Both the position numbers and the translations under genes were made by a program. The notes under the pieces are model-generated. The model had not been told where the DNA came from. It did not search any database and saw nothing but the letters and a program-made list of their open reading frames with translations. From Yuukianura sp. NJ FZ-2021 (Eukaryota), in assembly GCA_046563655.1 (NCBI GenBank), contig CM102285.1:8060001-8124000 (forward strand): 64,000 nucleotides of DNA, written 5' to 3'. Shown here piece after piece: positions 27,001-40,591 of this stretch (positions are counted from its first letter, which is position 1; each line of letters starts with the position of its first letter).

Positions 27001-27388
27001 GTCGGTAACTATACCAGTTGCTCCCGTAACCGGCGTAGGGCCTTTGAAGGACCTGCTATCGCGACCACCGTCACCGCGTCCTGGTAGTGCCGTGACCATA
27101 CCGCTAATCGACCTTTCATCTCAAACGCGGGAGCGTCGAGTTTCCGATTCAGATGCGTCGGATGATTCGGATTTTATGTGCGCCACTGACTTTCAACGAG
27201 TTGGACTCGGTTGTTTAGCTACACCAAAGTCTGCTAATGTAGAACCCGAATCATTAGCTCCGAAACCAGGAGATACCCCGACGACATCCCAGTCCCAGTC
27301 TCGTGTTCCCGGCGAATTTGATTTATCGATGGATGGCTTTGCTGTACTTCCAAGACCAAAACCTGCATTAGATTTGCCACCGCGTTGA
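21006..27388 (+). CDS. ATRX/XNP-like SNF2-family chromatin-remodelling ATPase, divergent, multi-exon (start uncertain)
   Basis: LKPHQREGIQFLW, motif I ILSHCMGLGKT, II VCDEGH, III LTGTPMQNNLKEYY, IV EKILIFS, YYRIDG, V GGLGVNLQSANRVI, VI QSIFRVYRLGQ (ATRX-type); long acidic/Ser-rich N-terminus. Confidence 0.88.
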
Positions 27389-28001
27389 TTACGAGTCCGA
27401 CTAACCTCTTTTTGCTAACAAATCTTTGTAGTTTGTAGTAGTTTTTGTGAATGTCTTTCATTCCAGATTCCGAAGTGTTCTTATATTCAGTGCAGAAGAC
27501 AATCTAATTAGAAGACAATCTAGTGAGGGGAATGGGGCAATATGTAATTTGCAGAGCTTATGAAACTTGCCGAAATTAATAGTCATCCCTCAAAATACTA
27601 AAAAGTGCTCAAAGTCTTTCAGCATCTTCTCACTGTCGTTACGAACGAGATTAGACTATTTTGTGTAAAGTCGGATTGTCATGGAATACTCTGAACGTCG
27701 TACCATAGACTTGTTAGACTTATTAAATAAGTTAGAATTAAGTTAGCTAGTTAAGTTAGCTTCTCAGAATGTTTTATATTTTGTTAAGTCTTCGACGATG
27801 GTTGCTACTTTGTCTGTGTCAGTTGTGATACAGTTTTTACACATTTGATACTTACCATTTCACAACCCTTTAGTTAGAACAGATTGCCATAAGAATCCTA
27901 TACCTTAGTTAATTAATTTTTCGTTGAAGACCTCAAATAAAATGCAGCGTCAACGTTATGTGAAAATTCTACACCTTACTCGTAGGTATTCAAAATTCAG
28001 C

Positions 28002-31000
28002 TCAAATGTACTTAAAACATTTCTGTTTGTCGTGTGGTATCCGCGTTTTGAAGAGTACAGAATCAGCTCTGAATTGAGTATTTAGGAGCGGTGTGTATCC
28101 GAACACTTTTGTGAAAAAATTAATACAGTGGTGCCTCTCTTGAAAATGCGTATCATCCTCAGAGAGGGTTACTGGGCATGATGGACATCTAAACGTCCAT
28201 CGTGAGGTTACCTGGCAAGTGAAAAGTTATAATTTAGAAAACAATTCATCCATTCTAAACAGGAATCGTTTCATTTAATGAGTATCTTACTTTCACCGGT
28301 GGCTTCCTTGTAACGTGGGAGACTAGAAAGTTCATAGCAATGTCTTCACAGTTCATCAGTTCATCAACCTTGTTACGAATGGCCTCTGGCATTTCGTATG
28401 TGTACAAGTAGGAATAAATTTTGTGATAAAATGCAGCTCCTACAAAACAAATCTATTTATACACCTTGTTATTTTTCAGAAATACCTAACTACTTAGAAA
28501 GTAAGTACTCACCCGTAAGAACCATGGACAATTCACAGGAGTAATTAGAATTGTAGAGCCAGCCGCCATAATTCAGATCGTGAGCGTGATATCGTCCGGG
28601 GAAGCCAACGATTCTGTCTCGATTCTCACGCCAAACGCTACAAAAAAAAAAGTCAACAAAAATTAATATTTCCGAACTGGATGGCACTAATCGACTAATC
28701 AAAAAATTGCTTCGTCAATCGTAAAGCTTTACCGAAATCCAAAAACTATTTCATCATGGCGAAGATGCGCGTCATCATCTATACTAAGCACAGCTTCAGT
28801 CTCAATCGCATCAAGTGGTAGAAACCTGTTATTCAGACTATTTCGCTCAGCCTTTAGTACCTGTAATTCATAAATCATAATATATTAAATTCCGATAAGC
28901 AATAATATGTAAGTTAATTTATGTTATTGGCTTTAAAAAAAGTTAGGCTACTTTACCTGCACTGGCACTCCGATGTCGGGCCACTTCAAGTCCGCAGAAG
29001 GACTTTGTGGTGAGTTCCAGACGACAATCACCTGAAATTAAAACAAAACCATACAATGAGGGTTAACTAACGTATTGTATAGCATTACGCTCATGGTTGG
29101 ATTAGTAATGGTAATGGAGTACTACCTTGTTCAAATATGGCAATGCAAATAATCGCTGAATTGAGTTCAAAAGTACTGCCTCTCGCTCATAGGTTAGCAT
29201 GACTACTGTAAATTGCTCCTTTGGTAAATTCCCTCCGAGAGATTCACTAAATTCCTTCCCGGAGCCACCAGCTCCTGCCCCAATCGGCCGAAATCCGACA
29301 GAGGATCCGACAAACTTCGCATCAGAGGGCATTGCGTCTTCCCAGGGTGTGAACGGATACAAGTGAAACGGGAGGAAATACGAATTCCAAATGTCGTATT
29401 TTTGCAAATACGTCGTTGAGTAGTTTCGTACAAAAGTCGGAGAAGGATACGGCGGTTCTATAGGTCCCAAATTTTCTTCATCTTCCGGATCAATTGAAAA
29501 AGCTTCTAACTTCAAGGGCTACAAATGAAAAAAAAATATATTATGTATTACACAATTTTAGCAGCTGAATAACTAAAAGTATGTCATGAATTCCGTACCG
29601 TAAAAGATTCGTTGAAAACTGAAGGCAGAATAACTTCTTTGTGTGGAATCGGAGGAAGCCCAATTCGTGTCCGAAAAGTGGCCAGCACTGTTTGCACAAC
29701 ATTGTCAATCGTGGCGAAGTAATTCTCAAACACAAATCGCCCAGACTTCTTCAGTTGAAGTATATCTGAGTCTGCAAATGAGTTTAGAAAGTAGTGGAGT
29801 TCTGGAATCCTAGACACTGGAAGTGTAATGACGATCTTGGACCAATCGATTACTTCAGAATGTGGAAGTAGAAACCGAGATCCTAAGATGACCGGTACAG
29901 TTCCGTATTTGAGTGCTTCGTAAAGTCTTAGCTGAAGGTCAATGTTTGACCTAAGTTCTAAATCCGCTGGCGGTAACAACAGAAGGGTAAATGTTGAGTC
30001 TAAAAGTAAGCGTGTTCGAAGTTGATCGTTTCCACATAGGGATGACAATTTGCGGTTTGTGAAAGTTTCAAAATTTTTGGCATTCCGTTCTAATTCTTTG
30101 GAAACTATCACTTCATCTTGCGTTTTGAAAGATTCTGAGTTTGACCTCAAGTGGTCATTTTCAGTGCATGAGAACTGGAACACAAACGAGGTGGGGTCAG
30201 ACTGCTGAATTTTGAGTAAGTCAGACTGAATGCTGGACTCAGTTTCACTGCCTAAATATGTTGCCAAGTATTTTCGTTTGGCTGGAACAATTGTCGGTAG
30301 TTGAGACCATACTTCTCCACGGGGAATCGACTTAGACCAACTCGTAATTACTAAATCAAATCCTTGACGATATGACGATGTCCCGAAAACACTTTGTAGA
30401 ACGATCATGGCTCGGCCGAAATGGGCAATGTCATCTTCCTGAAGAAAGAAATCCAGAGCTGCATCACCTTTGCCCCCACATAGTAACCAAATGACGTGAT
30501 TTCTTCCATCTCCATGCCAGTTTGGCAATGACTCCAATCGTTGAAACGTTTCTGTACTACAATCGTCAATGAGAACAAGGAAGAGACATGCTCTTAGAGG
30601 ATTGTTGTCTCGAACAAGGTATGAACTCCTGGAAAGACTGTCGTGAAGCGATTCTGTTTTAGCTGTGACACTTCCAGTGTTGATAGAGGTCAAAGGGTAC
30701 AAATAAAATGAGAACTGAGATGACATGGGACACAGAGAGTAGTCGAAGCACGAGTCCATGACACAATTTGAAGCACTGGCTTTGGTTCGATCATCACGTA
30801 CTGTTGGAATAAAGCGGAGTGGATGGAGAGCCTTCGGACGTCCAAGTCTTGGGGTGTTTCTTTCCATGGCTTCCCTTTCGGCGACCTTCGCCTGTTGTAC
30901 AGACATTTGTAAGCGTTCGAGCTCATTACGTTTCCGGGATATTTCACTTTTAAAGTCTTCGAGCTTCCTATTTTGTGCCGTTAGTTCTTGCTGTAGATGT

Positions 31001-31595
31001 TGTCGTTTGCCCTCTAAATCTCTCAGCTCAATGGAAACACTTTGCTTGATCCGAAGCAGTTCTTCTATTCTATACTTCAGGTCTTGTCCTTGTAATTTAT
31101 CGATGTCTGCCAACTGATGGGTTATCCAAGGTGAAACTTCCAAGTCATCTGGTCCAGTACTTTTGCTAACTTCAGTTCCAACCTGTGTCAAATTATGTTA
31201 ACATTTTTTTTTAATACATTATTCAACAAGAAGCTAAATCATTCATCTTCAAAAACACATCCATTCCCGTTTATACGCTTATAGAACAGATACCACAGCG
31301 AACCAGAGCCGTGTTCCAACTCGAGAAACGAGGCAGCTCAGCATCAAAGCATTTTATCTTCTGATCTGGACAAGGAACGATTACTGGCCAATTCAACTAA
31401 ACCGCTTTTGTCTGTGAAACATGGCCCATCCATCACATACAATTACGGCGGTGTTGCACATACCCGTGTTAAATAGTAGTGAGTTATAAACGGAGTAAAT
31501 AGTAGGACCAGAACAACCAGAACCACGAGTTTGTAGAGGCTGATCGTTGACAAGTGCATAATGAATGGCTTTAACTTAAACCGAATGTTGCTCAT
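28002..31595 (-). CDS. EXTL3: Exostosin-like 3 / brother of tout-velu heparan-sulfate glycosyltransferase, multi-exon
   Basis: N-terminal TM ([14 protein letters not shown]), coiled coil [36 protein letters not shown] (GT47); [47 protein letters not shown] (GT64); ends KCFKYI*. Confidence 0.96.
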
Positions 31596-32585
31596 GTTGA
31601 CGATCACGAAGTTGTCCGATGTGCATGAGTACGTATTGCTTGCCTATCAAATGGCGTTGAATGGACACGCATTCGGACTACTGGAATTGCCATCGGCACT
31701 TGCCGCAGCAGCGTCAGCGGCATTCTGTGTGACAAAATTTTTACGTGAGACTGTGAGAGATTAAAAGAAGAGGTGTCACATTGTCTTCAACTTGTTTTCT
31801 TTTACCTCATGAAATCAGTGCTGAGAGAAACACTACTGACATTATCCAGCATGCGTCATTGCCAGCAAGCACGGATGTCGTAGTAAAATGCTGTCGCAAT
31901 GCAAATCATTGCAGTTTTCCAGTAGTAGAGTCGGTCAGTTCAATCCATTTCCGATTATTTTCAAGTACAAGTGCAAAGTTCTGGTGATGGTCGACGGCGA
32001 CAGACGACGACGGAACGGAAATTGCTCCACAGTCACAACTCAGAAGGTCACCAACCTACAAAACAATAAATTATTCCTTTCAAATTACAAATTTTGAAGG
32101 TGCTGATGCTGAATGTGTTGAGTACGTCTAAAACTGGAACTACTTTTAGAACGGAGTTCCTACTCACCAGATTTTTACTACCTACCTACCTAAAACAACA
32201 GTCTGTGTCAGTGTCGGATGGTTATCAATAAATTAGTCCGAAACTTTGTTTCATGAAATGGAGAACCGATGATTTCGATGGACTGTAGGAAGGTTGTATC
32301 TACCGACTTAGGAAGTACTGGAATATGTAACTGCTGAATTACTGCATCAAGTACAACAGTAACAAGTTATCAGATATCAGAACAAAAAATGCAAAAAAAA
32401 AAAATCTGTCTCCGATCTCCGATTTTAAATCCACCAATTCCCGCACAGAAGAAATTACTAGCGTCAAGAGTTTTAATTAAACCCGAAATGTCAATGAAAT
32501 TCTTCGCGTTTAATGTTTCGAATTTATACAGTACAATAACAATTTAATAACAAATTAGCAGTTAAATTAATTTCGTTTTAGTAGT

Positions 32586-34428
32586 TTAAGATTTGATGCA
32601 ACGTGTCTTAGGTTTCACAATAGAATCGATCCAGTCCATGTATTCGGTAACCCTTGTGTAAACTCCCGGAAGCATCGGCTGCGCGCATCCGTGACCCCTG
32701 CCGAACAAATTCGTTTCACTCAACACATTCTTAGTTTTTCAAGTCAAACCAATATTAATATTAGGTATTATGAATTCAACGCTGATGTAGGTCATTGAAT
32801 TATAATTAATTATAAGCGTGAATATCCAAAGTTAAAGAATCTAAAACGAACTCAAACGATTTTTGAAATGAAAATAGAAACTCACCAACTAACAATTCCA
32901 ACAAGTTTATGTCTGCCATCTTTCTCAACGGTCAACGGGCCACCAGAGTCATTCTGTAATCCAAAAACAACTTACTCAATTCCAGCACATTTGAGCAAAA
33001 ATCTTGATTTGCACTGATGTAAATAGACTTCACCGTGCAAGCGTCCTTTCCACCTTCTTCGAACCCGGCACAAAGGAACGCCGGATTTGAGCCAACGATT
33101 TCGCCATACTTTGTTTTCGTACAGTCTTCATGGCTCAAAATAGGAACGACCAACTTCTGCAAAACGTTTGCCATCAAACCTGTAAAGTACGATAAAATGA
33201 AACTAAAACAAGGGGAAACAGAACAGTAAGAACAGAACAGGAGACAAGTCTGTACTCGAAAAACTGTAAATTATCGCAGTAATGTGCTGCTAGGGAATGG
33301 TTTACCTGTAGGGCGCATGTAGCCGAATCCGACAACGGTTCCATTTTCAGAAGCAAAGTCCCCTTCGTCCTTGGTCGGAAGGCAAACGGGGTTAAGTTTT
33401 TGCGATGAAAATAAGATCGGAGCGGAGACTTCAATAAGACCAATGTCATTCGCCACGGTTTCGGCGTCCCACCCTGGATGTGGGATTAGTCGACGAACTT
33501 TCAGACGAATCATTTTGTCATTGCCCTTGACGTTGGAAATGTTGTGTGCTTTGAGCCAGATTTCAAGAAAAGTTGGAACTTGGGATTTAATGCAGTGAGC
33601 AGCTATAAAAATCAGAAGAAGACAACGTAAATGTCGTGAAATCATTGGTCACTGAATAGCATCGAGGCGTCTAACGGTTAGGCGTCCTAAGCATGCTTGA
33701 CGCGCAACATGCGTCGCAGTGTGCTTTGTATGATTTCTATAAAGTGAATGAAACCTTACCTGTAACTATGTAGCGCGAATTGATCACTGAAAATTATTTT
33801 TCAAAATAAATTGATTTTGAAGTAGACTTGAGTAAAACATTGATCAGTAATAACATTTGCTAGTGGAATTCGAATTGTATAAAAAAGAACGTAATACCTG
33901 ATCCACCGCATATGACTTTGTGCTTCCCGTCGAAAAAGCGTTTTTTGACTATTGTTGCCATCCACGGGAATTCCTCCTCTCCAGCAGCATTTCCACCAAT
34001 AATCAAAGGATCCACTTCATGAATACTTCGAACTACCTTCTTGTTTAAATTTAATATGGACATGGGATCTCCGGCTTGTCCACATTCTAGATTTCCAAAA
34101 AGAAAAAGTTGCAATAATTGTAATAACTTAGTTTATAGAATATAGTCCAATTTGTATCGATAAACTTGTACTCACTGCAATCCTCGGATCTTATGTCTTC
34201 CAGCTCCTGGCTGATTGGCAATAACGCTTCCTCGGTTATTCCTGCTTCTACAAAATCGTATTGTGCTTCCTTGAAACAAACAAAAACAAAATTCAATCAA
34301 AACTTTTTTCTTGAGAGTTAATTGATTAATATTTGAATTACCGTTGTCGCTTCCTCACGAGAAGCAGGTACCGAAAGCGAGTTTGTCACAAGCGCTTGCA
34401 AAATGAGAAATATGAAATAACTTCTCAT
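32586..34428 (-). CDS. Secreted trypsin-family (S1A) serine protease, multi-exon
   Basis: Signal peptide MRSYFIFLILQALVTNSLS; IIGG..FPWMA, CGGSVINSRYIVTAAHC (via 27-nt micro-exon near 33761-33787), NDIGLI, PVCLP, KDACTNDSGGPL, GIVSWGHGCAQPMLPGVYTRV. Confidence 0.92.
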
Positions 34429-35132
34429 TTTTGTGGTTTTCATTTTTTGTCTGAAGGTGATCAAATTGAATCTGAGGAGTTGCTGAATAACTGAAACAAA
34501 CTAACTCAACTGCGACTTAACTCAAAACTGAATTCAACAATTGCAATTGATAGTAGTGACATTGACATTGGATTCTTCAAGTTGCCCTCAATTATAAGTT
34601 GGTCAAACTGGTCAGTTACATTATTATTTAAGGATCTCGCAGTGACACTTTTACAAATCGACGCCACGAGTATTTAGCACAAAGACGCTTGATGCCAAAT
34701 TGCTTCAACATTTGTAGCAATTCAAGTTTTATTTATTACTGTTTATGCAAATATTTTCAGCAAGATTCTGAACTCGTTTTCTGCTGGTTCGTTTAACCCT
34801 CAAATCATTTAAAGTCTAAAGAGAATCAAAATAATTTAGTTTCCTTGATTTTGAATGGTGTTATTTTTGATGTTCAATTTGGTGTCACCAACGGTAAAGT
34901 CAACGACACTTTTTTCAATGAGCTTCTTGCTACTTGCTTGATTTAGACTACATAACTCATTTAACGGAATACAGATATATTTAATGACTCACGGTTCAGG
35001 AAATGTTTAGCGGACACGATAAAGAATTGGTTTGCTCCTGAAATTGCGTTGGTTATTCAGAAAACATTATTTTTGCTTACCAACGTATTCTACTACTTTG
35101 AAGATTGTTAGTGCTACAAAAATGTGAGTGGT

Positions 35133-37429
35133 TTAGTAGCGGATCCAGTACATGTTGGAGCGTAGTCGGGTGTAGTCGGCAAGTTGTTCTATTGGACCAA
35201 CAGCAGCAACAGCTGGACACCGGTTATAGACGTAATGCATACAAACTTCCTTCAACAATTTAGCATCAACAGCCTAAAATAATAGAAACACAAATTAAAA
35301 ATAAAGAATTCCCTTAGGAAGCCTGCCAATATCATGGATTTCATGCAAAGAGGAGTTTGTCTTGTTACGTATAAAAGTGTTTACCTCAATTCTGGCTTCG
35401 AGCTCGTTCATGGGAATTCGACGATCATAACAGAGCATTTGACGACCAACGTCTTCGCAAATCGGTGTAGTTCCATCTAACTGGAGAAGCATATTCGTCT
35501 TCAACAGGTTCTTAGCTCTCTCCACTTCGGAGTCGGTAACGTTTGTGCAAAGTCGCATCCATTCACTTTGAAGATGGATAGTAAAGTCATCAATGGTCAT
35601 CGGGTCACAGACAAAATATACTCCCCAAAGTCCGGTGTCCTTGTAGCAGGTATTGAAAGCCTGGAAAGCATGGGCTAGTCCGTGTTTGTTGCAAGCCTCC
35701 GCAAGGTGGGATCCACTGGAACCCCCACCCACCTTGTGCGAACAAAAAAAAAACGTTAATTAATCTTAATATGTAATTATTACCGCTTTTCAAATTAACG
35801 TAACATCGTTACATGCAGCTCATTTGTATTTGGCCTACATGAACTTGGCAAGATGTCAATGTTACTTTTCTACAACTTTCGTCAGTAATTTACCTGAGAT
35901 CTATCCCAGGAACCGATGAGGGTATTGGCGACCATCAGTGGGATATTATCGGCATCTTTCCAGCCGCATCCCTCCACTGCCATTGCAATGTGAGCCAATG
36001 GAAGAGAGTCATCACGAACACGAACCTAAATACAATATGAAGATTATTATATTATATTATACTTTAGTAATGCATACAAGTAGATTCACTTATTTACACG
36101 TAACACGTACATCGGATCCGGTGAATCGACATGGATGCGGAAGCGGAGGAATTTCTCCAGAATACTTCGTCCCAACTTTGCCAAAATGTTCTTTAGTTAA
36201 TTTGATGAGTTCTTCATGTGGAACTCCGCCGGCACCAGCAACTACCATCCTAGGTCCTTTGTAGTGTGTTTCAATGTACTCAACCAAGTCCTGACGACCA
36301 ATTTTCTTTATGTTCTCTGACGGGCCAAGGATTGTTCTTCCTAATGGAGTGCCCTGAGTGATTTAACAGGAATTCCAACTCATTAGACGTGGAAACAAGT
36401 TATTATTAATAATAAGAGTAAAATTGAAGTTACTTGATACGCAGTGGAGTGAAGATGATCGAAAACTACTTCCTGAAGATTAGTTTCCACTTCTTGCATT
36501 TCTCGCAGAATAACACCACGCTCACGCTCAATTTGAACATCTTCAAACCTACAATTGATAAGTTATTGAATTGAACACATTATTAATATATTCTTTGTTT
36601 CATAAGATTTACAAATAGAGAATAAGCATGAATGTTATTCACAGTTATGTTAACGCTGGGCAACATCAGTTCAGTTAGTTAGCTTCTTTCTCTCAATTTA
36701 AAAAAGCCAAGGACTCACGTGGAGTTGGTCAGAATGTCCGACAGGATTTCAAGTGCTTTGCCAACATCTTTGGAAAGGCATTTCGCATAGAAAACAGTCT
36801 GTTCTCGGGACGTGTAAGCATTCAAGTGAGCTCCCATGTTCTCAATCTCTAACTCCAAATCCATTTGGGACCTCTTAGATGTTCCCTAAAAAGTAAGCAA
36901 ATTCCAACCACTGGTGTGTCGTTTACAACTTCAGAATAGAGCTTAATGTCGCTTACCTTAAAAGCCATATGCTCAAGAAAATGAGCTACACCGTTGTTGT
37001 CATCATTCTCATAGCGAGATCCAGCGTCAATCCAAATGCCGACAGTCGCAGTTGGGGCACCGCTATCCTCTGTTGCCACGCGAATTCCATTGTCTAATCT
37101 AGTAACTCTAGTTGGTGGAACATTTAGAAGAGCCTTCTGAAAACTCAGGCCAGAAGACGATGATGCAAGAACAATCGGTGCCGTGGAGAACCCATTCCGG
37201 CCCTAAATTCAGCACAATCGGAAATATAAAGTTCAATTAATTACACCATGACTGGAATAATGGAAACGTTAACAGGTTTTACGCTAGATACGTATCCCAG
37301 ATTCGCGTGGAAGTCAATTTAGTTAAACTCATTACGAATATTTATATCCAAATTTAACATTACCGTATAGACAAGTGCTGAATTGTTTCGCGTAACTTGG
37401 AACAATCGACGAGCCGCACGGAAAGCCAT
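35133..37429 (-). CDS. PMPCB: Mitochondrial processing peptidase beta subunit / complex III core protein 1, multi-exon
   Basis: Arg-rich presequence [23 protein letters not shown], intact Zn motif [44 protein letters not shown]; ends MYWIRY*. Confidence 0.95.
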
Positions 37430-39001
37430 TGCTAAAAAATCAGTCAGTTTGTTCAATTAGTTAACCCAGACGTCACCGTCAGCTGATAACAACGGACGGA
37501 GAATTTGTTTAAAAGTATTGGGGAATACAAGCGGCAACGACATGACTAAAATGGAAAACTAACTTACGATCAGGGGCTGGAGTTGTGGAGTTGATCGGTC
37601 GTCACACTTTTAAAGAATACCTTCCAACAGGAACTGAATACGAATATGCAAAATTCAAAAAATACTCTTAACTCTTTACCGAATTAAGTAAACTCTTCGA
37701 GCGAATTACCTAAGGGTGTGTGAGAGAGAGACTGGAGTTGGAATTTTAAAATTCATAAAATCCTCTGGTTTAAGTTGGTAGAAGTAAAACAGACATTTCC
37801 CTGTTGGGCTAGTCATATAATGTCGAGTGTCGCCAATTCTCGTAATCATAACTTAGACTGTAAACGTTTATTTACAACAACCATAGTACAATATGAAGTC
37901 GAACAGTAATAAGAGTGTTAAAGTACCAGTTTAATTCAAACAGCAATGGTATAATATGACACTAAAACTGAGTGTTCGATTGGACAAACATTGTTTTAAG
38001 TGGGAACATTTTTAGTACAACCAAGCCAGGAAACGGCAGCGGGGATTATTGATTTACATTTAACAGGTCACAATAAACATCATTCCGACATTTGTCAACC
38101 GCTTTGAGAGTTGGAATTGAACCACAATTCGCACATTTCCGCTAGAATATTTACAACAATACAAATGAGACAAGAAGAGCGAAGTTAATGATACGACAAA
38201 TAGAAGAACCAATGTGTTATCTTGCTTTTGTTCGACGTAATAACTTAGTCGTGCAAACTGCAGCTAATTGCTACTTTGTTGCCGTTGTCTGCCATTAAAT
38301 TTAGTATGTAGCTTAGTTAAATTTAAATGTAACAGACATACGGATTGAGGGAAATTATTATTGTAATCTTGAATTTTGGTTCGTAAATTCCTGAGGCGGT
38401 AAAACGTCAATATTCAAAGTCGGTTTGTTTATCATTTTTCATTGAATTTTTTTTTTCGTAAACGTGAATCTGGGTTGTTTTGTTCCATGACCTTTTCATT
38501 TTGAATTTTAGAGTTCAACTTTCTTTGTGAGTTAATCTTGCATTGGTTCAATTCATTCCTCGTTTTCCGATCCTGTTAAACTTGACGCAACGGACAAACG
38601 CTAACGCTACTAATCGTCGCAAAGACAGCGCACAACTGGAACCCGATAAACCTTTAAAACTGCTGTTGGCTGGTTGAGCTGGCGAGTGGACCGCTGAATA
38701 TCTTCACACGCTAAAAGGGGCAGGTTGGTAATTAGAATTCCCTCAAGGCTCAAAGTACATTTTGAAATACTATTCATCCGGCAATTTAGTTAATACCATA
38801 GCCTGTTCATAACTGTTAAAATTGAATTGGTATAACATTACCCTTGTGCGAAGCGTACAGCAGGATCATGTTAGTACGCACAGCATGAGTTGGATTTGAT
38901 TGGTTTTGTTCCTTTCTTTTTTTTTTACAGATGTAAGACGGCATTATTTGCTGTTTGTCAGAAAAACCTGTGGAGGGACGGTTCATTCCAAATATTTAAA
39001 A

Positions 39002-39837
39002 ATGATACCCACCAGCGGAGAAAAGAATCCTGACTACGGCGGAGAAGGTGACGCCTACGTGTCGCGAGATCTTGTCATCATTCGAGAAGTATTTGACTCG
39101 GAAAATCCATACGAAAGATTTGAAAGTGAACTAGAGTCTGCGCTGTCTCTTGGGTAAAAATCCAACTTGCTTTAGTTAGCAAGTACGCTTTGCCTTAAAG
39201 TGGCATGGACATGGAGCACTTAATAATGCAATTTCTTATTTGTTTCAGTACGCAGACGATTGTGATTGAACCGGCGAGATTGGGAGAAGAGACATCACGT
39301 TGGATAAGTTCGTCTATCCTTACTTACAGATATCTTTCTTTAATCAATTAATATTGTGTTGGCTGTGACCTTGAAGTGGAATTAACACGGATTTAATTTG
39401 TCATTGATTTCAGGTGTTGGAAACTGTCTTCACAAAACCTCTGTCCTTGGAGGACTAGCTGGACTTATTTGTGCATTCACATGGCCCGACAAGCCGCTGA
39501 CCTATTTCCCACTTTCGTGCCTTAGCTTTGTGTCAACTACGATTTACGTTATTAGCTGGCAAAGTGATGCGTGCTGTAAATACCAGGTCAGTCCAACTTT
39601 TACTTAACCTATCAGTTATGCAGATGTTACACAAGTTCAATTACTAAATAACTCTTTTCAATGTATTCTTCTTAGGTTGAATCAAACCCAACTAATATTC
39701 CAAGACTCCGTGGTCTCACTTCCAGCTCTCCAGTTGTTCTCGTACGACGTGACGACAGTGCCAGAAAAATACTTCAGACCGTCATCACGCTGTCGTCCAT
39801 GATCTACTCCTCAATTAAATTATATTGTGCTCACTAA
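39002..39837 (+). CDS. TMEM11: Transmembrane protein 11, mitochondrial (PMI), 4 coding exons
   Basis: [73 protein letters not shown]; stop TAA 39835-39837. Confidence 0.93.
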
Positions 39838-40591
39838 CTGTAATAACTGTCACTAACTCCAAAACGAAAAACGGCGTTGTAAGGAACCAGAAGAATTCCA
39901 CCCAAAATTCCGAATATTTTCAAATCAAACTCGTCAACTTCAGTCAAGGCTGTTCGACAAGCAAATCGAAAGGAAGCCTATATTTTTCCTTGAAGGTATT
40001 CTAATTTTAGGAACCATTTAATTCGATAGAATTTGCAATTCGAACTCATAGCTCCACATTTGTTTGGGGTACTAAATAAATCTACTAACAAAAAGAAATA
40101 AAGTTATCTGAAGAAATCCGAGGAATAGGAAATAAAATATTTAAAATAGAAATCTAAAGAGCCCATGTTTCAGGTCTGCATTGATAAAAACAAAAACTTT
40201 GTGAAGATCCTACAAAAGACACATTGTAGCTGTACGTGCTACTCCATGAATTACAAATGCGTGAATGCATATTTTCGTATTATGCATATTTTCAATGAAC
40301 ATTTTGTGGTTAGAACGATATTCTCGGGATCTTATTTACGTCAAAGTCCAGTAACTTAACTTAATCAGATATAATGTTACGGGACAGTTAACTAATTAGT
40401 TCGCTATTAGTTCGCTATTAGTTGAGCAATTAACAGTTTAAAAAGGTAATTGAATAATTTTCTTGTTGAAGTGTTTAAATTGACAAGCCATGTGGATATG
40501 CTGAAGGATAAAGTTGAAATTCATCCCATCTCTCAGCAAGGAAGCGTCGTTTTACATGATTTGTTTGGACGGCCTCGTTCTTCCAGGATTT

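Noticed and set aside
40393..40422. Short tandem repeat (CTATTAGTTCG units) and similar micro-duplications at ~17821 and ~52875
   Set aside because: Ordinary slippage duplications with no further structure.
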